Below, piece by piece: positions 27,418-34,886 of a stretch of DNA of 41,463 nucleotides (position 1 is the stretch's first letter; each line of letters begins with the position of its first letter). Source of the DNA: a virus. Its lineage: Duplodnaviria; Caudoviricetes. The position numbers and the translations under genes were made by a program. Where the stretch lies: the IMG/VR virus record IMGVR_UViG_3300025723_000078, positions 1 through 41,463 of that record. One strand, given 5' to 3'. The notes under the pieces are model-generated. The model saw nothing but the letters and a program-made list of their open reading frames with translations. It was not told where the DNA came from and ran no database searches.

Positions 27418-27502
27418 ACGAGCGTGGCGAAACTGGTATCCGCACAGAGTTTAAGCCTCTGCGTCGTTAGACATGAGAGTTCGAATCTCTCCGCTCGTAC
27501 CA
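27418..27502 (+). tRNA. tRNA-Leu(TAA)
   Basis: ACGAGCG/CGCTCGT-ACCA; TT-TAA-GC. Confidence 0.88.
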
Positions 27503-27508
27503 AATTAT

Positions 27509-27583
27509 CTGGCCTTAGTTCAACGGATAGAACATAGAGCTTCTACCTCTAGAATGTGGGTTCGATTCCTGCAGGCCGGACCA
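27509..27583 (+). tRNA. tRNA-Arg(TCT)
   Basis: TAGAG-CTTCTAC-CTCTA; ACCA. Confidence 0.88.
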
Positions 27584-27614
27584 GACCAAACCACAATATT
27601 GAGTCTGGACAGTA

Positions 27615-28592
27615 TTACCAGTTGTTTTGTTTTACAAGATTAACAATGTCATGCGAATACATTTTATGAGTAAGTGGTCCTGGATGCCATCCGTCGGTTC
27701 CGCGATCCTGGAGCGTGAACCCATCGTGTCTATTCAAGATTTCGGTGTAACATATATAATTGGGCAATTTTGTGAAGTGCTGCACAAGATCAACGTCTAT
27801 CATGAACCCGCACAATATTAAATTTGCACCAATCTTGTTACAAAAATTGATCACCTGGTGTACTTTGGTAAGTGTCACGTAGGTCATGTTATCATCGTCC
27901 AATCGATCAATGTTTATCGTGTTGTTAAATTCTGGATGACTTTGATAATAGTACACATGAACATGTATCAGCTCTTTTTGAAAATACGGAAAGCGTGCCG
28001 GACAAGTTAGGCCCCAAATCACAATGTCATCTTTGCCAATGTCAGATCTCAAAATTTGATCGGCTGCCCAGGTGATGGACGATCCTGATTCTGCCAAAAA
28101 CGATACAGGCAAATCCAGCATGTTGCTTACCAGTTGTCCCCATCTTTGATTTTTTTCTATTCCGTCTCCTGCGGTATAACTGCAACCCACGGCCCATAAT
28201 TGCTTGCTATTGGTTTTTCTACCATCTGACAACTTTAACATGGCGGTGTCATCTGATGGGTGCAGTGTGTCAGGAGAAAACAGATGTGTATTCTCTACAA
28301 TTTTTTTATTGATCAAAGACGATAACAAACATTCGGTCCATTTTCTCATGACACTACAGTTGTTGCTGTCGGTATCGGACCAAATGGTTGGCGGGAAATA
28401 TATGAGTTTGTCTGCCGACCACAAGGCCTCTGCAAAATCATGCACAGAAGAAAAATCACCCTGGCTGATATAGAAAGTGCCATCTGTCGATGATTTATAA
28501 TTGTGTTCAGTCAACAGCGTGGCATCAGGATCTATCTGTTTGGCTGCATAGCTGATGTATCGGGTTCTGTCACCGACCAATAAAGTTTTCAT
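27615..28592 (-). CDS. SGNH-like hydrolase-fold protein inserted antisense in the tRNA array
   Basis: GCSYTAG.G motif and C-terminal D.WHPGP..H; probable start MKTLLVG at 28592. Confidence 0.6.
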   Translation of the reverse strand: MKTLLVGDRTRYISYAAKQIDPDATLLTEHNYKSSTDGTFYISQGDFSSVHDFAEALWSADKLIYFPPTIWSDTDSNNCSVMRKWTECLLSSLINKKIVENTHLFSPDTLHPSDDTAMLKLSDGRKTNSKQLWAVGCSYTAGDGIEKNQRWGQLVSNMLDLPVSFLAESGSSITWAADQILRSDIGKDDIVIWGLTCPARFPYFQKELIHVHVYYYQSHPEFNNTINIDRLDDDNMTYVTLTKVHQVINFCNKIGANLILCGFMIDVDLVQHFTKLPNYICYTEILNRHDGFTLQDRGTDGWHPGPLTHKMYSHDIVNLVKQNNW

Positions 28593-28704
28593 ACCAGATC
28601 CTGTATCATTTTCTGCCAACAGCGTGTGCTGTGTTGGATATTTATCGACACCCACGTGGCTATGGGTTATTTTTAACAACAGCACCAACAAGTTTGCATC
28701 CCAT

Positions 28705-28780
28705 GGAGTTATTAGTGTAGTGGTCTGCACCTCGGTTTGTGGAACCGATAGTATGAGTTCGATCCTCATATGACTCCCCA
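28705..28780 (+). tRNA. tRNA-His(GTG)
   Basis: G-1/C73; TCGGT-TTGTGGA-ACCGA. Confidence 0.85.
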
Positions 28781-28787
28781 ACAATTT

Positions 28788-28864
28788 GCCCCGGTACGAG
28801 AATTGGTATATCTGCCGTCCTTAGAAGTCGGAATCTGTGGGTTCGAGTCCCACCTGGGGCACCA
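28788..28864 (+). tRNA. tRNA-Leu(TAG), short variable arm
   Basis: GCCCCGG/CTGGGGC-ACCA; CT-TAG-AA. Confidence 0.75.
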
Positions 28865-28901
28865 AATCCAAACCTAGGTCAAGACACCCAATAAATATGT
28901 C

Positions 28902-29510
28902 ATGATCTATAGCTATCCCATGCCGTTCAAATGTTACAAGTATCTGGCCAAGTACACTGAACAGTACATGGAAAAATACAATTCACTACAATATTACACA
29001 GTGGCTATTACGCTGCCAGACCCGTTACGCCGGGCCCTGGACACCGAACTGGCTCAGTACAATTTGAGTCCCATGTGTCATAGTCTTTCATTCAAGCGAC
29101 ATGGATTCGCCAACGAACAACATCCACTTCAATCCAGTATCGGCATGCATGTGGACTGGGACTGGAAACATTCGACCGAACCTTACCATGCTGCTATTAT
29201 ATTTCCAGTCAGTGGGTGCAAGGACACCTATCAGTACTGGATACAGGGCAACTACACCTTGGTCCACCAAGAAAAAAGCGACCCCGGTGGCGGACCAATT
29301 AGATACGGCCAACCGTCCTGGAACGAGCCTGGCGTTGTGGCTGATGAAAAAGCCTACATCGAGCACGAACCAATGTTGGTTCGTACCAACATTCCGCACA
29401 GCGTTGTCAGCCGAGCTGACGGATCGTATCGCACTATACTCAGTGTGCGTCTTACGAACAATGAAAAATTCGACGACATTGTTGAAAAAATAAAAGCAAA
29501 AACAAATTGA
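28902..29510 (+). CDS. putative 2OG-Fe(II)/cupin-fold protein
   Basis: HVD...PH.V...R...S.R pattern, similar to 23343-23822; TAAATA at 28892. Confidence 0.5.
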   Translation: MIYSYPMPFKCYKYLAKYTEQYMEKYNSLQYYTVAITLPDPLRRALDTELAQYNLSPMCHSLSFKRHGFANEQHPLQSSIGMHVDWDWKHSTEPYHAAIIFPVSGCKDTYQYWIQGNYTLVHQEKSDPGGGPIRYGQPSWNEPGVVADEKAYIEHEPMLVRTNIPHSVVSRADGSYRTILSVRLTNNEKFDDIVEKIKAKTN

Positions 29511-29513
29511 TAC

Positions 29514-29601
29514 GGAAGCGTGGTCGAGTGGTCGATGGCGCTAGTCTTGAAAACTAGAGGCTCGCAAGGGTCCGTGGGTTCGAATCCCACCGCTTCCTCC
29601 A
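29514..29601 (+). tRNA. tRNA-Ser(TGA)
   Basis: GGAAGCG/CGCTTCC-TCCA; CT-TGA-AA; long arm. Confidence 0.9.
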
Positions 29602-29609
29602 AAAACAAT

Positions 29610-29687
29610 AGTACGGTGCCCGAGTGGTCCAAGGGAACAGCCTGCAAAGCTGGACAGCCGTGAGTTCAAATCTCACCCGTACTTCCA
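29610..29687 (+). tRNA. tRNA-Cys(GCA)
   Basis: AGTACGG/CCGTACT-TCCA; CT-GCA-AA. Confidence 0.85.
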
Positions 29688-29722
29688 GAATTTGTTGTGT
29701 TTTTACAACACCGGTATCGCGG

Positions 29723-29751
29723 TTGACCAATAATCCACGATACCGTATAAT
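29723..29751 (+). promoter_or_regulatory. sigma70-type promoter for the second ncRNA/tRNA block
   Basis: TTGACC-N17-TATAAT. Confidence 0.75.
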
Positions 29752-29772
29752 AGTTGTATATTAAGTAATAAC

Positions 29773-29784
29773 TGTTCTTTAACA
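29773..29784 (+). promoter_or_regulatory. boxA-like Nus antitermination element
   Basis: TGTTCTTTAACA vs rrn boxA TGCTCTTTAACA, just after the predicted start site. Confidence 0.6.
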
Positions 29785-29822
29785 ATTTAGGTAGTAGATT
29801 ATAGAGCCTTGGGAAAGGCGCT

Positions 29823-30216
29823 ATATTGAAGCACATTATCAACCGTAAACTAGCTAGCGGTGGTCTGGTGACTAGGCTGAAAGATATGCCGAATAGGTTC
29901 GATTCCTTTTAGTGTGTTTCAATATGGTATGTATGTGGTTCGTCTAGAAACCGGTAAATTGTAGTTTAGTCTGCAAGCCACACACCATATTGAAGTGTTT
30001 TATGAGTGCGTAGAAAATCGCGAGCGCCGCCTGCTAGTTCTCAGGGGATAGAGCACTTCAATATGGTATCATAAGAGTGTAGTTTAACTGCGAACAAGAA
30101 AGCAAGGGCCCTTGTGTATCAGTAACAGGAAGAACTAGGACTAACAGCGATTGCAAGGCGTGGGTTTCGCGACCGGAGTCTTGATCGTTGCCAAATTCGT
30201 AGACTACACCCTTATG
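29823..30216 (+). ncRNA. series of long-stem-enclosed ncRNA candidates
   Basis: Stems 29823-38/29910-25, 29984-30003/30048-67 and 30070-86/30200-16; the first encloses a GGTTCGATTCC T-loop. Confidence 0.5.
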
Positions 30217-30292
30217 GTTTGTTAGATCAGTTGGTTAGATCGCTTCCCTGTCACGGAAGAGGCCATGGGTTCGAGTCCCATACAGACCGCCA
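30216..30292 (+). tRNA. tRNA-Asp(GTC)
   Basis: CTTCC-CTGTCAC-GGAAG; GCCA. Confidence 0.9.
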
Positions 30293-30300
30293 AGTTTTAT

Positions 30301-30401
30301 CGATCATCGCATGAGAAGGTGATGGTGTGCCTAGACTCTACACAGCCCGGCGCCGGGCTCAGAGCAGTGCTCCATGGGTTCGAATCCCATATGATCGACC
30401 A
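30301..30401 (+). ncRNA. aberrant tRNA-like RNA (anticodon not assignable)
   Basis: Acceptor CGATCAT/ATGATCG-ACCA and T-arm ATGGG-TTCGAAT-CCCAT, with extra hairpins in the middle. Confidence 0.6.
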
Positions 30402-30407
30402 AGTTAT

Positions 30408-30514
30408 GTGCATTTCGTTTAATGTGGAACAAGACGGGGGCGCCACATAAGTCTCTTTAAGTAGAGCGGTGGAACAAGCTTCACATGCGGGTTCGAGCCC
30501 CGTAGTGTACACCA
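30408..30514 (+). ncRNA. aberrant tRNA-like RNA (anticodon not assignable)
   Basis: Acceptor GTGCATT/AGTGTAC-ACCA and T-arm GCGGG-TTCGAGC-CCCGT; 107 nt with expanded core. Confidence 0.55.
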
Positions 30515-30571
30515 ATTACCAACCATCGCGGGTTGATTAAAAAATTAACCTGCATTATGATATATTTGTAG

Positions 30572-30790
30572 TAGATATTGTTGAGACCGTGAGCGAAAGC
30601 CCAAGCAATCCTAACTGTCAAGGAACAACACCATCCCAGAGTATCATGTCCACTATATGGAGATTATCAAGTCTTGCTTGGATTTGATTGAGAGCGAGAT
30701 TTGGGAGAGCAGTATATCAGCGTTAATCTCGGCCGGGATTCGCTTGAATGCTTCTTAAACATGCGACAGTGGTCTCAACAATAACATCTA
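30572..30790 (+). ncRNA. about 220-nt structured ncRNA candidate
   Basis: Closing stem TATTGTTGAGACC/GGTCTCAACAATA; internal helices CCAAGCAA/TTGCTTGG and CGAGATT/AATCTCG; no ORF. Confidence 0.5.
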
Positions 30791-30866
30791 TGCGGGTAGG
30801 GTCAGGTCACCAGCGAGGTCTCATAAGCCTTTGCCATCCTTGGTTCAAATCCAAGACCCGCATCCA
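30791..30866 (+). tRNA. tRNA-Met(CAT), possibly initiator-like
   Basis: TGCGGGT/ACCCGCA-TCCA; CT-CAT-AA; TTCAAAT T-loop. Confidence 0.7.
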
Positions 30867-30871
30867 AACAT

Positions 30872-30949
30872 GTACAGGTGGCAGAGCGGCCCATTGCACG
30901 GGATTGCAAATCCCGAAAACCGTGAGTTCAAATCTCACCCTGTACTCCA
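30872..30949 (+). tRNA. tRNA-Cys(GCA)
   Basis: CGGGA-TTGCAAA-TCCCG; TCCA. Confidence 0.88.
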
Positions 30950-30952
30950 TAC

Positions 30953-31028
30953 GGGCCTGTAGCTCATCTGGGAGAGCGTTGCAATGGCATTGCAAAGGTA
31001 GTCGGTTCGATCCCGATCAGGTCCACCA
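30953..31028 (+). tRNA. tRNA-Ala(GGC)
   Basis: G3.U70; TTGCA-ATGGCAT-TGCAA. Confidence 0.9.
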
Positions 31029-31034
31029 AATCAA

Positions 31035-31110
31035 GTCCCCATCATCTAGCGGCCTAGGATACCGCCCTTTCACGGCGGGTACACCGGTTCAAATCCGGTT
31101 GGGGACGCCA
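31035..31110 (+). tRNA. tRNA-Glu(TTC)
   Basis: GTCCCCA/TGGGGAC-GCCA; CT-TTC-AC. Confidence 0.92.
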
Positions 31111-31127
31111 AGTAAAGTAATAACATT

Positions 31128-31201
31128 GCGGGTATGATGTAAAGGTAACCTGAGTCCTTGCCAAGGACTATTTGAGAGTTCGATTCTCTCTACCCGCTCC
31201 A
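31128..31201 (+). tRNA. tRNA-Gly(GCC)
   Basis: AGTCC-TTGCCAA-GGACT; TCCA. Confidence 0.88.
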
Positions 31202-31222
31202 GTTTTGTCTCTCAAAATTTAT

Positions 31223-31304
31223 TCCGGGTTCGCATAGCGGCGATTGCAGCGGCCTCCAAATCCGCCATACCACATCGGGAGTTCGAGTCTCTCACCCGGA
31301 GCCA
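31223..31304 (+). tRNA. tRNA-Trp(CCA)
   Basis: TCCGGGT/ACCCGGA-GCCA; CT-CCA-AA. Confidence 0.8.
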
Positions 31305-31399
31305 TACATTAAGTTAAACTGCTTTATTCTTTGATACAGTTCCTTGATGGTTATTTTAGAGGTATTATAGAGAGGCGCCACACATATATAATGCAACAT

Positions 31400-31492
31400 A
31401 GTGAGTTGGATGAGAGGCTGAAATCGGCACCCTGCTAAGGTGTTTGCTATTTTAAAGATGGCACGTGGGTTCGAATCCCACACTCACTGCCA
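31400..31492 (+). tRNA. tRNA-Ser(GCT)
   Basis: AGTGAGT/ACTCACT-GCCA; CT-GCT-AA; long arm. Confidence 0.9.
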
Positions 31493-31522
31493 CCCTGGTT
31501 AAATACATGAAAGGAGGCACCT

Positions 31523-32134
31523 ATGCCATCAGTTTTTCTTTATTCAGATCCCCATTTTGGGCATCAAGGAGTTTGTCGTTTTATGCGTAACGACGGCGTT
31601 ACCAAGTTACGGCCATGGGACACCGCAGAGGAAATGGACGAGCACCTTGTTAAAGTCTATAACGAGCGTGTAAAGCCGAACGATAAAATTTATTTTCTCG
31701 GAGATGTAGTGATCAATCGTAGAGCCTTGCCTACACTAGCCCGGTTAAATGGCGACAAGGTGCTTATCCGTGGCAATCACGACATCTTCCCAGACCGGGA
31801 ATACCGTGAGTACTTCCGTGAGTTGCGGGCTTACCATGTGATGAACGGACTTATTTTAAGTCACATTCCGATCCATCTAGAAAGTCTCGGTAGATTTGGA
31901 TGTAATATACATGGCCACTTGCATGCCAACAGAGTCATGAAGGCTCAGAGTATTGATGCTGAGACTGGTGAAATCTTATACAGTGATGAGATTGATCCTC
32001 GTTATTACAATGTATCAGTTGAACAACTTCCTGATTTTGCTCCTATACTTTTTGAAGATGTATTAAAAAAGATCAAAGAGCAGGGCGGTCAGGTTGGCTT
32101 CCGTAATGGCAACGGTACCACGCAAGTGACCTAG
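31523..32134 (+). CDS. calcineurin-like metallophosphoesterase
   Basis: SDPHFGH, LGD, GNHD, SH.P, HGHLH motifs; AGGAGG RBS. Confidence 0.92.
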   Translation: MPSVFLYSDPHFGHQGVCRFMRNDGVTKLRPWDTAEEMDEHLVKVYNERVKPNDKIYFLGDVVINRRALPTLARLNGDKVLIRGNHDIFPDREYREYFRELRAYHVMNGLILSHIPIHLESLGRFGCNIHGHLHANRVMKAQSIDAETGEILYSDEIDPRYYNVSVEQLPDFAPILFEDVLKKIKEQGGQVGFRNGNGTTQVT

Positions 32135-32754
32135 CTCAAAAGTCTTTGCGCTTTGGCAGTTTGTAACAGTCGCCAGCGTTTTAAAAAATCCATTTGTGAT
32201 TGCGTGGGCGACAGGTGTTGCGGTGTAGCATCTAGGTTGACAAATTGTACCAGGTCTAGCACTTGGTCTGGTTCAAACACCTGCTGTATCTGCTGTATCT
32301 GAGGATCCAGACTGTCGACAGCCGAATCCAATATCTGTCTCATATATTTTTTGTCGCAGTCGGGTGCAGAAAACTGTTCCCGACTGACATCAGTAAACCA
32401 ATAGGCCTGTTTGTCATAGGCCATGCGCAGTTGTAGATGTACATCAGCGCATAGCAAAATCTTGTAGGTGTTGTCGCTGATGTAACAATTGGTTTCGAGC
32501 ATGTCCGGGTTGAACAACGGATTGCAGATCAAAAATATCTTGTGGCCGGATTTGGTTTTCAACTCAACATTGTTGGGCCAGGACTCATACTGTTTCCATT
32601 TCTTGGGCGCAGTGGATAATTCTTGGGGGAATTGCTGTGCAATCATGTGTTGCACCGTATCGGTTGTGTATTGATACCGTCCGGTCAGCAACAGATAGTA
32701 ATACAATGCAAATCCGCCCGACCCGCCCTGATACAGTATGGTGATATCGTTCAT
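32131..32754 (-). CDS. hypothetical protein
   Basis: Y.GGSGGF N-terminal motif (compare 18183-18860). Confidence 0.6.
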   Translation of the reverse strand: MNDITILYQGGSGGFALYYYLLLTGRYQYTTDTVQHMIAQQFPQELSTAPKKWKQYESWPNNVELKTKSGHKIFLICNPLFNPDMLETNCYISDNTYKILLCADVHLQLRMAYDKQAYWFTDVSREQFSAPDCDKKYMRQILDSAVDSLDPQIQQIQQVFEPDQVLDLVQFVNLDATPQHLSPTQSQMDFLKRWRLLQTAKAQRLLS

Positions 32755-32766
32755 GCGATCCTGATT

Positions 32767-33840
32767 CTAGCACAAGCAGTCACTGATTTCTGGAAAAACA
32801 TTGTGCCAGTCCAGACCACGTCGTTGGTCCAGAGTCTGCAAGAACTCCAGTACATTTGTTTTGGCGCCGGTGTTGGTCACGCTGTGCATGACCTTGCTGT
32901 CAGGCGCATATTTTGATCCTAGTCGATCCAGCAACTTAGCAGGTACTGTCTGGGGCGATAACAATCCTCCGGCCGGATTGAAGTGGAATCCGATCGCTCT
33001 TCCAAATCGATCGTGTGCAAAATTGTTTTGATACCATTGTTCAAACTCGTCATAGTAGTACAGGTTGAGTAGATTGACTGTGTGATTGATTTGAAACTGT
33101 ACCGATTCTGGCATGCTGTCGCGCATGCGCAACAGGTTGTTTTGTACTTGACTCCACTGCAAGGGATATCTCACATAGTTGAATCGATCGCCAACACCGT
33201 CTATGCTAAAATTGATCAAGACCGATCCAAAACGGCTCCACTGATCTTGACGAAGCTGGTCTGGCATGATGCTGCCGTTGGTGGTATACTGCAACGTGAC
33301 CAGACCAGGATCTGGCACATGCGGCAACATGCGACTGTCTGTGTCGGTCAAAAAAGGTTCGCCGCCCAGGAACAAGATTTTTCGTACATGGGCCATATCC
33401 ACATGATCCAGTATCTGTCGCACATGATCGGTCTTGCTGGCCTTGGATACCCGCATGATACTGTGACCCAGTTCTTGTTGCCAATAGGTACTGTGCCAAG
33501 GGCCACACATGATACAGCCTCCGTTGCAGATGGTGTCCAGTTGTAGTTCTAGGTAACTGGCATCGCCGACCTGGGCCGATTCTGGAACCAGTTTAAATGA
33601 AAGCTGGCGCCAACTGTTCCTGAGAGAATTCTGTTCTTGATAGCGACAGTCTCGGCAATGGGCATCTGTGCCAGCATCAACCGAATCAAGATAGGCACGA
33701 TACTGCTGTGCATCGATGTCAGAACCAATCAACAGTTTGGGTCCCAACCATTTGCAACAGGGCATGAGATTCAGTTGATTGTGTTGATTGATCTGGAACT
33801 TGTAACCGTTGCTCAACAGTCGACAGGTGGTGTTTGGCAT
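32767..33840 (-). CDS. radical SAM protein with N-terminal SPASM/twitch-like Cys motifs
   Basis: CNGGCIMC (CxxxCxxC), GGEPF, TTNGS, SIDG. Confidence 0.85.
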   Translation of the reverse strand: MPNTTCRLLSNGYKFQINQHNQLNLMPCCKWLGPKLLIGSDIDAQQYRAYLDSVDAGTDAHCRDCRYQEQNSLRNSWRQLSFKLVPESAQVGDASYLELQLDTICNGGCIMCGPWHSTYWQQELGHSIMRVSKASKTDHVRQILDHVDMAHVRKILFLGGEPFLTDTDSRMLPHVPDPGLVTLQYTTNGSIMPDQLRQDQWSRFGSVLINFSIDGVGDRFNYVRYPLQWSQVQNNLLRMRDSMPESVQFQINHTVNLLNLYYYDEFEQWYQNNFAHDRFGRAIGFHFNPAGGLLSPQTVPAKLLDRLGSKYAPDSKVMHSVTNTGAKTNVLEFLQTLDQRRGLDWHNVFPEISDCLC

Positions 33841-34008
33841 AGTGACTGTACTTATAACCAATCTACACTCAACCACATACAAGTGATGTAAATACTATCA
33901 AGGCGGACCTGTAACCATATTCCGCCTCCGCTGACGCGAAAACAGGATGGGCTGCGCTCACGGGGTTTCTTGGGTACCCGACACACCAAACCCAGGATAA
34001 ACATCAAG

Positions 34009-34037
34009 TTGACACTGTGATACAATACCTGTATAAT
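34009..34037 (+). promoter_or_regulatory. consensus sigma70 promoter for the omega-like gene
   Basis: TTGACA-N17-TATAAT. Confidence 0.8.
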
Positions 34038-34059
34038 ACAGTATCAACCAGGAGAATGT

Positions 34060-34290
34060 ATGAACTTTTATCATGAAACTCGCAACATGAATGGCCTTAC
34101 ATCAGAAGCCGCAGTCAATCGTATCGGTGGCAGCAGATATGAAATGATCCATATAGCCTGCGCCCGAGTGCGGGAACTCAAACGTGGTCATGCTTCTAAA
34201 TTGGACAGCAAACAGATGCCCATGACCGCAGCCATCATGGAGATTGAACAAGGCTTGATCGGCACCGATTATCTGCACAAGGTGGCATGA
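34060..34290 (+). CDS. rpoZ: RNA polymerase omega subunit homolog
   Basis: LTSEAAVNRIGGSRYEMIHIACARVREL...TAAIMEIEQGLI aligns by eye to omega [26 protein letters not shown]...VIALREIEEGLI. Confidence 0.82.
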   Translation: MNFYHETRNMNGLTSEAAVNRIGGSRYEMIHIACARVRELKRGHASKLDSKQMPMTAAIMEIEQGLIGTDYLHKVA

Positions 34291-34437
34291 CGCGGTAAGT
34301 ATGTGTCCCACTCAAGGCAACCACCGGTCCCAAAGAAAAATCCTGGATCCAACGCCGGATGCAAACATTGGTCAAACGTGGTCAGGCTCCTCGGCCGGAA
34401 GCAGTTGCGGAACCGGTTGCCAAAGAGTAAAGCATTC

Positions 34438-34512
34438 GCTGATGTAACTCAGTGGTAGAGTACCTCCTTGGTAAGGAGGAAGCCGGTGGTTCAATCCCAC
34501 TCATCAGCACCA
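34438..34512 (+). tRNA. tRNA-Thr(GGT)
   Basis: GCTGATG/CATCAGC-ACCA; TT-GGT-AA. Confidence 0.92.
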
Positions 34513-34518
34513 AGATAT

Positions 34519-34594
34519 TCCGGTCAAGCAAACACGGTGTAGGCGGGGGACTGTTAATCCCTGAAGCCTGGTTCGATTCCAGGGACCGGAGCCA
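34519..34594 (+). tRNA. tRNA-Asn(GTT)
   Basis: TCCGGTC/GACCGGA-GCCA; CT-GTT-AA. Confidence 0.85.
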
Positions 34595-34603
34595 AGTAAC
34601 AAA

Positions 34604-34679
34604 GCGGGATTAGCTCAGTTGGTAGAGCGTAACTTTGCCAAAGTTAAGGTCGTCGGTTCGAACCCGATATCCCGCTCCA
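34604..34679 (+). tRNA. tRNA-Gly(GCC)
   Basis: GCGGGAT/ATCCCGC-TCCA; TT-GCC-AA. Confidence 0.92.
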
Positions 34680-34682
34680 CAA

Positions 34683-34757
34683 GGGCTGTTGGTATAGCAG
34701 GGAACACACTTGCGTGGCACGCAAGAGTCCGGGGTTCGATTCCCCGACGGTCCACCA
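34683..34757 (+). tRNA. tRNA-Ala(GGC)
   Basis: G3.U70; CTTGC-GTGGCAC-GCAAG. Confidence 0.88.
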
Positions 34758-34886
34758 AAACACTTGACTGTCGGTCAAAAATATTGTAACATGTTTTAGT
34801 GTCACTAAATATTTTTCGTGGGCGTACAACCCAGTAACACACCAACCACAATGTGATCATACACATATTCAACACAAGGAAATCAA

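Noticed and set aside
24176-31483. ORF-track entries overlapping tRNAs (e.g. 25970-26446, 26932-27303, 29354-29647, 30748-31137) and 5544-5882, 6210-6476
   Set aside because: These are translations of tRNA/tmRNA sequence or antisense shadows, with no RBS or protein motifs.
33928-33945. CTGACGCGAAA as a hammerhead ribozyme core
   Set aside because: It lacks the GA after CUGAN and has no stem II or matching cleavage triplet geometry.
34287-34430. Small ORF after omega (VPLKATTGPKEKSWIQRR...)
   Set aside because: An in-frame TAA follows the only nearby in-frame upstream ATG and there is no convincing start; possibly a remnant.
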